DNA of 64,000 nt, taken from Ascidiella aspersa. Lineage: Eukaryota. Shown here in pieces: positions 13,143-26,400 of this stretch (within the stretch, counting starts at the first letter, position 1; each line of letters begins with the position of its first letter). The stretch is from NCBI GenBank assembly GCA_963924565.1, contig OZ004608.1, forward strand, positions 1,922,001 through 1,986,000, read 5' to 3'. The notes below the pieces were generated by a model that saw only the letters and a program-made list of their open reading frames with translations, ran no database searches and was not told the DNA's origin. Made by a program: the position numbers and the translations under genes.

Positions 13143-13238
13143 GTGTTGTTCCTTTGAACCGTTTGTTGCTTGTTGTAATTGGTGTCGCGACAAAAGGTTT
13201 CCTTCAGTCGTACTACCACCTGATTGTCGGTAAATCAA
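13143..13238 (+). repeat. ~95-bp dispersed repeat, second copy at ~27923-28020
   Basis: Shared aaccgtttgtt...cgacaaaaggttt.cttcagtcgta...ccacctgattgtcggtaaatcaa. Confidence 0.8.
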
Positions 13239-15859
13239 AAACCAACATACTAGTCGCAATTCAAGTTAAATCAACTCGATAAATTTCTCGCCATTTACTC
13301 ATTGATGCGTGTCTATTGCAATCCATAAGCAATTCCACGTCACCCCTGTTGCTTTGAACATGTCAATCAAACACGCTATAATTGCCACATCTAATCGAAC
13401 TGGACGCTACCGTGGTAATTTGTTGACCTAATCCAAATCCAATATTTCTACGCTGAAGAAATGACGTCAACACCCAATCAGCATAACATATAGCTTTGAC
13501 GCAACAATGCCTTGCCAGAACAAATTCAGGATTTTTGTTTCAGGGGTAATGAAATTTTATCAACCGTGACGTCACAAACTTATGACCTAGCAAATTTACA
13601 TACGTTACATTTTTTTCTTGCTGCGTTTTTTTTAATTTTTCAAAACAAGATTTCCAAAAAAAACTTTAAACAGTTTTTTTAACTCTTTCCAACAATTAAC
13701 CTCCTCCAACCGCTTTTCTCACTGATTCTTTGTGGCACTTTTTGCCGGTTGATATCTCTTTTGTAAAGTGACTCACCAATCCGGGGGGTCACGAGAATGT
13801 ATTTCCCACAGGCCGCTCCCTTATAGACTTTGCGCAGTTCCGTTCGACATTGCTTACTTAATGTCGCTTCAATCGCTTTTGTCAAACACTAACGAGGGCC
13901 ATTTCTCTTGTCTGCCGCCGTGTTTCGGAATCTGCTATTTAACCAACTTCTTAATTCGCAATTTGTCCTTTTTGAGGTTTCAGGCTCCTTGCTAATGTCA
14001 CTACCGACAGGGGTGGATCCAGGATTCGTTTGAGAGGGCATGACTTTTTTGGGGGGAGCAAGAAAACTTTAGGGATCATTTCACAAAGTTACGCCAGGAC
14101 GTGACGTCATAAAGCAATTGTTCTTGAAACCACTTGTTGTTTTCGATGTAGCCTAGTTTGTGCATAAATCGCAGCTGAATACATACATAGCAACGAAATT
14201 CGTTTATTTGGTTTAAATTAGTGAAACTTTCATTTTAAAAAGAATTTAGGGCATTATATAGACACTTTATAAAGGTTTGAATATTACTTGAAATAGCGGC
14301 ATTTATAATGTAATTCCACAACAATTGCGCTTTGTGCAGTTTATGATCTCACACTGTGTACATACCATAGCATGCGTCTTTGAACTAAATAGAGATCTTG
14401 AAAACGGGCACAAACGTAGTAAAAATGAATAGAAATTAAACCTTTTTTCTATTTACCAAGTAAAAATTTGCAAAAAATATAGTTTTGGGGGAAATAGCTC
14501 GATGCCCCCTCTTGGTTCCGCCCCTGACTATTCTTCTACCTGAACTTTGTTCACATCCCTTGTACTCCAGGGCGGGCAAATTACCTGAGTTCCTGTAAGG
14601 TAGGGTACGCCCTATATGTTGGCCCGGCCAAAGTTTAATTAAAAATCGCGTCTATATTTAGCTCCTAGCTGGTCTAAAGTCTGCAGAATACGTATTTAAT
14701 TGAAATAAATTAGGGATAGAGGGCCAGGGTTCAAAGTTTGATACAAAAAACCTTTGCAGATAAAAGAGAGAAGAAATTAGAATATTTTGGGGTACAAAAA
14801 CCGGATTTAACCTTTGATGAATAGTTTTGATTTAAGGACACAAAATGTCCTGCATTAGTTTAACTTCCTATAGGCTAATATCAACTTTGCTACACTTTAA
14901 AAAACAAATCATTGTTCTGCTTATCATTTTTAAAGTAACAAGCAAAATTAGATCATTTTAAATCCCAACACGCAATGTGACAGGTTTAAAGATTTTGTCG
15001 ACTGTTTTTCAACAGATTTAATAAAAAAATGATAATAAAATAGAATTCTTTTTGAGTGTCAGTTCTAAAGTTGTAACCAGTTGCTATTTGTTCGCTAACT
15101 AAAAAGTAATTATCACCCACCCCTTGTACGCACGACTCGGCTAATTTACTCGCCCAAACCAGTTTGTATTGATCGGACGCTTCACTACTACTACGCTTGG
15201 GAAAATTGTTCGTTTGGCGCGTTGTTTAACTTGTGCTTTGTTACATAATGCTTTGCTGGACCTAATTAACCGCCAACGTGAAAACAATTATAAAATATAC
15301 AGCGAGCTTGTGTTGTAAACAAATCGCTTTGAAATGACTCAAGTCCAAGTTCATTCATTTGTAAAAACACTCAAGTCCTGGTCAGGTCCTTTTTGAGTAA
15401 ATACTAGTCATGTCCCAGTCTTTTCGTAATTATATCAAGTCAATTTCAAGTCAAATCCTTAAAAATTAAACGTTAAACTATAAAATTTAGTAAACTCAAC
15501 CTGTTATAAGCAATAAATCGAATAAATATTAACACACAACGCAAATTTAACAAGCAAACTGTTTTATGTGCAAAACTTAGGAACTAGGCTAAACTAATTT
15601 TACCATAAAAAGCTGAGTAACAGTTTATTTCAACCCAAGTCACTTGTGTTAAAACTTGAGTCTAGTGAAGTCATTTGTGCTTTACTTACATTATTTACAC
15701 CTAAATACCGCCCTAGAGCTATAGCTTGCACTTCAAATTAAACATGGTTCATCTAATTTTAGTCTAAAGCAAAAAAGTACAAGGTAGGTTGACACAATGT
15801 GAACAAGTCCCTTAAATAAATAATTATTTTTAATTTTGACCGCGCGGTGTCGCTAGATA

Positions 15860-15873
15860 GTTTCCATAGCAAC
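15860..15873 (+). promoter_or_regulatory. RFX-binding X-box upstream of CFAP57
   Basis: GTTTCCATAGCAAC matches the 14-bp X-box consensus GTHNYYATRRNAAC and lies ~1.6 kb upstream of the ATG of a motile-cilia gene. Confidence 0.75.
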
Positions 15874-16592
15874 AGAATTAAAAGTAATTTTCAATTTCAA
15901 GGAAATTTTCTGTTTTTGCTGATGTTTATGTTTTAAATATTACCTACCTTAGCTTTACATTCAATTAGAACTTTAGTTTTAACAAAAAATAAAAGGTGTT
16001 AGCACAAAGTTTAGTTGAAAACTGTGATGCAAAACACTTACGTACCGGTATAATGATTGGCAGTGTTTTAATTAATTCATTTTGCAATGACTAAAATCCC
16101 AGTCAATTGGTAAACTTTTTCCATGATGAGGATTACCGCAACTATAAATAAGAAAACCGACAACATGTTGCAAACAAATTGTTTAATATGCAAAACTTAA
16201 GACAAACAACCCCATATTATATATAATTGCTTAATAAAATCTAATTTCAGTCATTTGTTCAAAAGACTTAGTCAAGTTAGAGTCGTTGGTAAGCAGTGAC
16301 TTAAGTGGGGTCATATTTAAGTCATTACATCTGATGATTAGCTGCTTTTTAAGATTCAATTTGTTTATTTTTTTTTATCCAGCTTGCCCAGGGACACATA
16401 CACCCACTAGTTAATATGCATTGATTTGGGTTAGTGTTTGGGCTTAAGTGGTGGTAATATAAAATTTGCTTTCCAAAGTTTAGCATTGTTTACATTATTT
16501 ATTTCTTAATCCATCAAAAACAAAAACAATATTTACATTATGACAGCCTTAAGAGTGGATTGTTAATTGTCCATTGTGTTTAGTTACCGATG

Positions 16593-16875
16593 GGCCAGTC
16601 TGGAAAGTATGGCAGATTTAGACGAGATCTCGCGGGTGCACGGCTGAAAAAATCTGGGTGACCGGGTGTAACAAAGGTAAAAAAAGTACACCTTGGGTGC
16701 ATTTTCGATTTTCCTTGTGCACTTGTATGATTCTACGATGCATTTATTGCACTGTAAACGTCTGACACACATGCGTTTTACATATTTGGGGTGCAGTTCA
16801 CAATTTTTTCAGGGTGCACTTTTAAAAGTTTGAAAAAAACTCGCGGATGCACTTGCCTTACTTTCCACAGTGGCC
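16593..16875. mobile_element. MITE-like element with ~22-bp imperfect TIRs and 4-bp flanking duplication
   Basis: ggccagtctggaaagtatggca ... tgccttactttccacagtggcc, with gatg on both sides and internal repeated gggtgcac motifs. Confidence 0.55.
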
Positions 16876-17441
16876 GATGGGTGAAATGCAGCATGTACAG
16901 TCGAGTCGGACTTGGGATTTTAGTGAGATTCCATAAAACTACCCGTGTTCTGAGTCCAACGTTGATAAGGCCGCAAACTGTGGAATATCATATGGTTTAC
17001 TATTTTCAAAATTCCAAACGTGTATTGTGGGTAAAAAAATAAAACACACTGAGAAGGCAAACTATAATTTAACTACTTTACACAGAAAAAACAAAAACAA
17101 TATTTTAATATTTATAATTTTTTTTGAGGGGGCATGGCCCTGCTACCCAATGGTTCTAATCAGTTTTTTTTAAGGTCAAATGCGCAAATAAACTAGGCTC
17201 TTTTCGCAGTGCGTTGTGCTGCTTGTGTATTTTCATGTTTATTGCAATGCAATAATGTAGGTCTACCAGTTTCTTTTGTTCCAGTTCTGTTTATTGTAAC
17301 ATTATAGTGAAATACTTACGGAAAGATCTTACTTTACTGTCTGGGTAAATATCTTCTCTTTGTTTATTTATTAGAGAACCACTTTTTGTGTCAGACAGAG
17401 CTTTTAAAAAAGGTTTAAAAAAGTGCTGTTAGGCAAGCGCC

Positions 17442-20400
17442 ATGGCGACTGCACTTGCACAAACGCATCACATGTTTGGGCTCCGGCCCAGCATCACCGG
17501 AAGCATAAGCTACCTCGATGAACAAACCATTGTCTTTCCGTCGGGAAACCAGGTGATCAGGTTCAACATCGACCAGAAACAGCAAAAGTTCATTTCTGGA
17601 TCGGATAAATCGCAAGGTACCATTATGGATTCAGATTGTGTTTGTAATATATGTTTTAATTTTGTGTTTGTATACTAATTGTTAAGCCTATTGAAGCATT
17701 TTAAAAGCTGCAGCTAAGTTTTAAATTATTGCAAGTCAATAGCTTTATTTTTCTACTTGTGTATGCTGAGGTAGTAAATAGTTAACAACTACCCCACAGT
17801 TGTCATAGACGTTGACTAAGTTGCCAACTTATTTGGGAAAATATTTGTTAAATTATCTATCGTTATTGTTTGCAACTGGCAAAATCGTGTGACAACCACG
17901 TCTTCTATTCTAGACGTTTTCCACATTTTTGTAACTTCTGAAAGATGTTTTTGATTCATTTAACCATTATAATTATCTCAGTATTTTGGGATTGACTAAT
18001 AAACCTTTTTACGCATTGCCAAACAAATCATCTTTATAAACTAAATTAATATAAATATTCATAACCTAGGCAGAATTATTGTTTCACCAAAATGATACAC
18101 TTCCTTTCAGGAATGACTGCTATTGCTCTGAGTCCCAATCGCCGTTACGTTGCAATTGCGGAAAAAGCAGACAAACCAACGGTTACTATCTATGACATGC
18201 TGCACGATCAGTCCAAGAAAAGAAAAGTAAGAAAAAAAATTAATTATTTCAATATAAAAACTGATGCCCTAATGATTCGAATTTAACCTATATTTAAGGA
18301 TATTATGTTAAAATGAATATCAGGGACATTTTTAAAACTTGGCTTAAACATATTTATATATATATATACATATATACATAAAAAAAGTATTAGTTTTGTT
18401 AGTAAGTAACTTCAAAATTTACAAGGCATTATATTTTGCCATGTTTAAACTAAATATGAATTTACTGGGCCATTAATATAAAAGTATCCAGTTTAAAGCT
18501 ATATGTTTATGGCAAATATATTTTAAAAAGCTTCTTTTTATTTCATATATATGAAAATTATCATATATATATTTATTTATATATGTACCTATACTTTGTC
18601 AGTGATTTAAATTATATTTTAATGCCTAAAATTTTTACTTGAATGCAATGTAATTTGTTATTTTTAAGTGAGTTGTTTTCACGATAGATTAGTTTTGTTT
18701 GGATATTTTTATATCAGTTATAGTTTAACAGCACCTATATGCTAAACGTTTGTGCACATGTAAACATTTGAATTGTTTCTTGCAGACTCTGACGGCCCCA
18801 GATTTGCAAACGCACGAGTTCGTCAGTCTCTCATTCTCACCCGACTCGAAATACCTGATCGCCCAAGGTGCCAAGCCTGAATGGACCCTGGTATACTGGG
18901 CCTGGGAAAAGTCTAAGATCATGGCAACAATGAAAACAACCAACCAAGCTGGGCAGCCTGTCTATCAGGTTTCTTGAATTAGGATTATTAAACATAATTT
19001 GATTTTCAGTTTTGTCAATTCGGACCTGTAAAAAATTGATTTTGCTTTTTGCACATTTGAGCCAGGAAAATTTAATCTTTTGCTAGATTTAAGAGATTTA
19101 TTTCTTCTATTTGAAAATTGTAAAATCCAAACCAAACTATGTGGTCTACTTAAAATGTTTTTTTTTTATACAAATCTGTGTTTTTTTTCAAAGAACATGG
19201 CTTGTAATATTTTATTTATTGGCCTGTAAATATCTATGTGTTGCACTAATATAGTGTTCCTAAAATATAATTACAATTTAAAACTAAAAATACATGTCCC
19301 AATTGGAAAAATTGGTAGTGTACTACTATGGCAGATTAAAAATTTTAAAACATTTATTATGAATTGTAGATTGCGAGTACGTAAATAATATTATGTTATG
19401 GCAAACCCAATTGTTCAATTTTTTCCTTGCAACATCTTTAGGAAGTTTTGTTAAAAATTTTACTATATTTAACTATTTGTTTGTTTGTAACAGAAAATCA
19501 AAATCAATTTCTGCTGTATTTTCCTAACAATGAGTATAAATGTGCATATCAGGAGTTAATTATATTTACAAGCATTTTAATATAGAAATTAAGTTTAGAT
19601 CGGCACAGAATCATTGTGCTTTGCCTTAAAGATTAAAACGACACACCAGGGTGTCGCGAAGCACAGTTTAAAAACCTCTATGCAAATCCAATAAAACCAA
19701 CATGTTAAATTCATCTGACAATAAACACACTATTCCACAGGTTAGCTTCAACCCTCAAGACAACACACAGATCTGTGTAACCGGCAACCACATTTTCAAG
19801 CTCTTTCGTTACGCAGAGGGAAATCTTAAGCAGTTTGGGTTCCAGAAAATGGAACCTCAGAACTACTTATCACATGCATGGGTAAGCTGCAACTTAGATT
19901 TAGTTATAATGACTTAACATTGAAGTTTCCAAAAACTGACATGAGCAATATGACTTGCTTATATTTTGACTTAATCTGAGTTTTAATAATTTATACTACT
20001 TTTTAATATGTATATTTTGATATAAATAGTATATTACCAAAAATTAGCTCAAATTTTTCATACTTTGTATTATTGTGCAAAATATTGGCCTAATGCCATA
20101 TTAACCACAATGGAGTTAATCCTACTAAAACAATACCAAAAATAAATCTGTTGAAATTAAAATCAACCAAAAATAATTACCCAAATAGAGATAATAGCAA
20201 CATTCTTAAATTTTTGTAATAAATTCCAATCTAGCAATATCCAACTCTATGTATTTAAAATGTAAATGTATATCCTTTACCATTCCTCATAATATTTTTG
20301 TAAAAATAACCAAATTAAATTAAAATACAACCTAGAAATTTTAAGTTTCAATCTGATAAGTGATAATACAAATGCAAATATTAAAATTATAACACGCTTT

Positions 20401-23400
20401 TTCTTGCCCAACCCAGGTTTCAGACGAGCGAGTTGTTGTTGGAAGTGACACAGGAAAACTTCTTCTGTTCGAAAACGGAGAACTTAAGTCTGAGTTCCAC
20501 GCTGCTCTTGCCACAGGATCCACAGCTGATACAAACAGCATCAGGTATAAAGACCTTTATGTACTATGTGAATATTAATTGGAGCATAATGGTTGGAGGT
20601 GGTGGTAAACGTCTGAACCCCCTTTGGTATTTAAATAATAAACTAATGCTACAGAATAGAATTTTGAGACTTCTCCAAAAGCATTTTGTCAGCAAAGAGG
20701 TGTGTTTATAAAGTTTTAAGTTAAAATGCAGCAGGCAATGGTGCTATGGTTGTTTCTCGACTTACTCCCCTCTGAGCCTGTGTAGCTCAGTTGGTAGAGC
20801 AACGGTCCCGGTAAGACAGAGGTGTGAGTTCGAACCACAACACATGCTAGTTTTACAAATATAATGCAGCAAGCAACGGTGATATGGTTGTTTCTCGACT
20901 TGCTCCTCTCTGAGCCTGTGTAGCTCAGTTAATAGAGCGGCGGTATGACCGAGGTCTTGAGTTCGAACCTCACCACAGGCTAGTTATTTTTCGAGCCTGC
21001 CCTGCTTGCATCATTTACCGACATATTCGGTGAGTCTGCGATGAATTTTCGGTGTGCTTGCCGACATTATAGTTTGCCCTAAAATTTTAAATGATTAATG
21101 TATACAACAAGTTCCTCCATACAACGCTCCGCTACACATTCCCACACAGAGCGAGCGTATCGATGATCCCCGAGGACGCAGTTAGTGGGTCAGGAAGCGG
21201 CATCGGCTCCATCCAGATCACTTCCATCGTGGCCCACTCGAAGGGATTCGCATGTGCCGGTGGAGCCGGAACCGTCCACCTGTTCGACAAAACCGATGAG
21301 AAAGATTTCTACCGGAAGACCAGGGTTGTCAAGGTGGGTTATGTATATATTAGTTGCAATGTTACGAATGAAGCATTTCGCACTTTTGCCAGATAACATA
21401 TTTTTTCTTGTTTATGTTAAATTTGCTTCTCGTCCATTCAATCAACAAACTACATAAAAGTAACCAATACATAATTGTGTTCACAATAAAATAGTAAAAT
21501 AAAAATGAAAAAAAAAAAATTTGTATAAAAATATCTGTACTAGAAAGCCTAGAATTTTTAGAAATATATCAAGTTTTTTGGTTAAATAGGAGCTAAAAAT
21601 GTATTGTTTCCAAGCCAAAAATCCAAGCTTTGATAAAGTATTTTGCAAAGCATGCCGGATTTAACAATGTGTCGTAAGTTTTAATTCCCAACAAGCAATA
21701 TTTTTCAACAAAACTGCTGCTCTATTTACCAACGCCGACATTTACTCTGTTTAATTGGCTTACACCACAATCGCCTTGCTTCTTTGCGCGCTAAAAACCA
21801 GCATGAATCTTTGCCAGTGATAACCCCGTCGATCTCCCTCACTTTTATATATGTACACAAAACAACTACGGAGAGGCCGAAACCGGACTGATTTGTCAAG
21901 CCTCTGCGAAGGCATCTTGGGCACTATACATTGTGTATCGTTATCATTGGCCAGTATGACTCCAGGAGGACTGGCTCACAGGATACACATTGTGCATATT
22001 AATGTTTATATTATGTGATCAAGCCCTTCTGGAGTCACACAAACTAACAATTAAAGTAAAGCTTCCCAAGGCGTCTTGTGTACTTATAATGCGTTCCATT
22101 ATCTTTGGCCATTACCACTCCAGAATGGCTAATTACAGAATATACAGTGTGTATATGTACGTTTCAGCTGCGTTCCTCTCATGTATTCAGATATCCCCAG
22201 ACCCCCACAGCACTAAATAACTCCGGCACTTTCCCTAGATACCCCCAGACCCCCACAGCACTTAATAACCCCTGAACTTTCCCTAGATACCCCCAGACCC
22301 CCACAGCACTGACCCCACACAAGCAGAGAACCAGACGATAGTTGCACTTACAGCGAGTCCCAGTGAAGAAATGCTGGTTGCTGCTACCGACGACCGACAA
22401 CTCTATGGGATCGCGCTATCATCAACAGACCTCGGGAAAGGTAGCTTGTGTGTTTCTTGCAATCTGCGTAATAAGACGAGAACTTTTTTATTATATTTTG
22501 GAGATTTTTTATAATACAGCCCTTACAATTTTTTAGTTTTCTAAAAACCCTTTAAAGGTGCAGCTCACTTTTACCAACTTATATTCCTTGCCGCTCCATA
22601 TTACTAACTTTTTAGTCATGTATTCCACATATACCTAACTTCCCAAATTTGCGTTCCTTGTGTAAAAAAGCGCGAATGACTCGAAGTTTGAAGATGAAAC
22701 CTCATTGTATTGCTAAAGCTACCAACATAAATGTTAAATGATTATTCTACCCACATAAATGTCAAATTATTCATGCCAAATTATTTACCAATATAAATGT
22801 CAAATTACCCTTTAAGAGGTGATAACCTAAAATATATGAACCACAACTTTTACACATATTAAACATCCTCAGTATATTCTATTCACAGGCGAGCAAGCTA
22901 CTTTCGACCCCCTCACCCATTCCTTCCACAGCAGTGGCATCACAGGACTGGACGTTTGCATCAGGAAACCACTCATCGCTACTTGCTCGCTTGATAGATC
23001 AGTGCGCATCTGGAACTACGAGACAAAGTAAGCTCTGGAAAATGTAGTGTAAGCTGATAAAGCATTTATGCACCAGTGTGGGGTAAAGGTGGTTAGAAAT
23101 ATAAGAAAGATTATAATCGGTTTCCCATCTAAAAAAAAGGACGAATTAAAAGATCTTACACAGCAAACAATCTCATGATACTAAGGATAAAAGATTGTTG
23201 CTTTGTTAAAATTTAGACAAAATACGAAGTCACGTTTCGCAGAAAATAAAAACAATTATTTTTTAAAATGTGAACCCAAAACATAAGGACTTATATAAGA
23301 AATATTAACGTTGCGACAGCCTAAATATCGATGATCCTGTTCTAAGTCCGTCGCCTCATGGCCTAGTTTTATACCACGTGGACCAATCTTGGTTGGGCAA

Positions 23401-26400
23401 CTAGAATGTATGTGCAATGTACATGTGACCTTAAGTTGACTAAGGAACAACAGTTTAAAAAACTTTCAATTGACTAATATTGCTCCGGTGAAGCGACGCT
23501 TTATATTATAATAAATTCTGAAACTGCAAAATATCCTATTGTTCCCAGCACCTTGGAGTTGTACAAAGTCTTCCAGGAGGAGGCTTACAGCATCGCTCTT
23601 CATCCCTCAGGACTCTACATTTTGGTGGGATTCAGTGACAAACTCCGACTCATGAACATCCTCATCGACGACATCCGAATCTTCAAGGAGCTTACCATCA
23701 GAGGATGCAGGGAGGTGGGTCATCATCACTCTTCCTTTTCTCTCTTTAGGCGTTGATACTCTAGGGATGCTGAAGTGTTAAATACGAGTTAATGCAAATA
23801 TTTTGGGAAGTTTTCTTTTATATTTTAAGTCTATCAAAGCCTATTTCTAGAGAGACTGATAATGTATTTTATACCTTTTCTATTTCTCTTAACATTCTAT
23901 AAAATGATTGACTTTGATTACGACAGAAAAGTCGAATAAAGAATATTTGCTTTAGTTTAAAGTTATTGTCGCTTTTTACGCGTAAGTTTTAACAATTGGG
24001 AGGCAAAATACTGTTGGGTGCTTTTTCAAGAAGTATAATTTAAGTAATAAAGTTGAAAATGATTCTTTCAACATAATTCTCAAAATACATTTGTTTAATT
24101 TTCACTAGCAGTTTGCAATTATAAAAATTTAAATTTGTTTTAAAGACGGGCACTTTGAATATACTGAGGTAGCTTGTTTCGGCCTAAAACTATTAACTTT
24201 TCCACGTGAAATAAATCTACTTAATAAAACATCTATTTACATGATAACTCATCTGCATGCCTCCATAATGATATGCTCAAAAAGTTAAAATTTAAACACA
24301 AATCAGGAAAGATTTAAAACTATACACGTACAAGAGATGATTTAAATGCATTTAACCCAGCTTATGTGTCCTAAATCTGAATTCTTGCTTGTTGTTCGTC
24401 CAGTGCGCTTTCAGCAACGGAGGCCACTTGTTCGCTGCTGTCCACGGAAACGTTATCCAGGTTTATTCGTCGACCACTTTCGAGAACGTTTCAAACCTGA
24501 AGGGGCATAACGGGAAGGTGAGAGCAGGGACGCTACTCATAATGTGCACGGCTGTCCGATAATATGGATCGGAGCCGATACCCGATTTTAAGTGGTAGTA
24601 TCGGTACTACACTGATACTATAGGGTGGTATCGGTGCTGATCTGGTACTAATACGCAGTTGTTATGTGAACGAACCGCGGTTTTGCAAGAACTTTTAATG
24701 GAGAAATAAATTTATCAGTCGGGATATTTCTTATAACTAAGGAAATGGTGGCAACCTAATAATTTTTTAATAAAATATTGTTTTTTTTGTACTGATAGGT
24801 CAGATGAATCGTTAAGTCGTTAATAGTATAAATAAAAAGCACTACCCCCATTTCTAGCAAAAACCCGGATAAATTTATCACAGTTTATAGACCACTTGTA
24901 CCTGTAAAATTTGACCGACAGATACACGCTTTGGATATGGACAAAACAAACTCCGCAAAATCAGACAAAATTAACAAACGCTACATTAACCACTAGGTGC
25001 GCGCGATCGCGTGGAGCGCCGACGACAGCAAGCTTATCTCCAGTGGAATGGACGGAGCTGTGTACGAGTGGAACCCCACAGCTGCCAAGCGGGTTAACGA
25101 GGTTGTGCTCAAGACTTGTGCTTACTCTGGGGTGACTGTTTCTCCCAGTGGTAAACACACATATGCTGTGGGGAGCGATAAGACCATCAAGGAAATCACG
25201 GAGTCACAGGTATATCGGCGTTTTGTCGATCTAGTGAATTTTATATTCAATTTTTGGTCTATTTAACATTTTTATGTAATGTTTTTCATCTGTTTTCGTG
25301 CTTTCATTTATCGTATAATTTGTTTTTTGCTACAATTGTTGCTTTTTTTAGCTTAGTTTTTCAATTAGTCATTTAATCTAAAACAATAATTCTAAATATT
25401 TTTGTTTATTGTATGTAATGTTTTTTATTTGAAAATATGCAATATTTTAATTTAATTCAATGTCTTAATTTAAACTAACTTTTTATTTTTAATCATTTTT
25501 TTTATGTAAGATTTAAATTTAATCCAATATTTTAATTTCAATCGCTTTTCCAAATTTTATGTAAGATTTTTATTTATTTAAAATCAATTTAATCCAACTT
25601 TTTTTTATAAATTTTATGTAATATTTCAATTCAATTCCATGTCTTAACTTATCTAACATTCCTCTCCCAACTTGCAGATCCTCCGCACAGTGGATGCAGG
25701 AGGCATGACGCTCACTCAGGTTACGATGTCACACAGCGGCCGGATGCTCTTCTGTGGAACAACACAAGGAGCCCTGAGGTCTATCAAGTTCCCTCTCACT
25801 GATGTGGGCGACTGGACAGAACATCAGGGACACGCTGGGCAAATTACTAAGGTAAGTTGATAAAAGTAACGTATATTGAGTACTTTTGCCATGTTTGGAG
25901 TTCGCGGATAAAGGACAATAAGGTAAGCCAAGATTCGAGATTTTATGCACCTTGAAAACAAAGAGCACAAAAAAAGGACAAAAAAAAGCAAAAAAACCTT
26001 ACGGTTATCAAGTCAAGCTGCTCATCTAAGATAAATAAGTCTTAAAACTCTACTTAGTTTTTACGGATATTACCGGGTATGCTAAAGCGTTAAGATTGCT
26101 AAACCTGAAGTTAATTTTAACCAAATTAACAACAATTATTTCCTTGCTGAAATGAAAGGTAATAAAATATAAATAAAATTCAACGTCGCCTCAATGTTAT
26201 GTAAAAAACCCAAAAAGGTTTTACTTAAACACTCTTTTGGCCGCTTCAATGTCTCTTAATCTGGCCGTCTTTTCAGATAAAGATAATCAAATAAAACTAC
26301 TATCAAGTTTAACAAGCAAAGTGTGGCTCTTTTTTCAATTTTTTCCCTACGTTGTATAGCTGAAACCTCAAACCATTATGCGGAAAAATGTGTGGCACTA

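Noticed and set aside
20774-20980. Functional tRNA genes
   Set aside because: Individual copies have broken stems or a deleted anticodon arm, lack U33, and recur as a dimer with shared flanks. They are treated as a repeat.
22181-22312. CRISPR-like repeat-spacer appearance
   Set aside because: The 'spacers' are similar to each other, the unit is a duplicated splice acceptor in a eukaryotic gene, and there are no cas genes.
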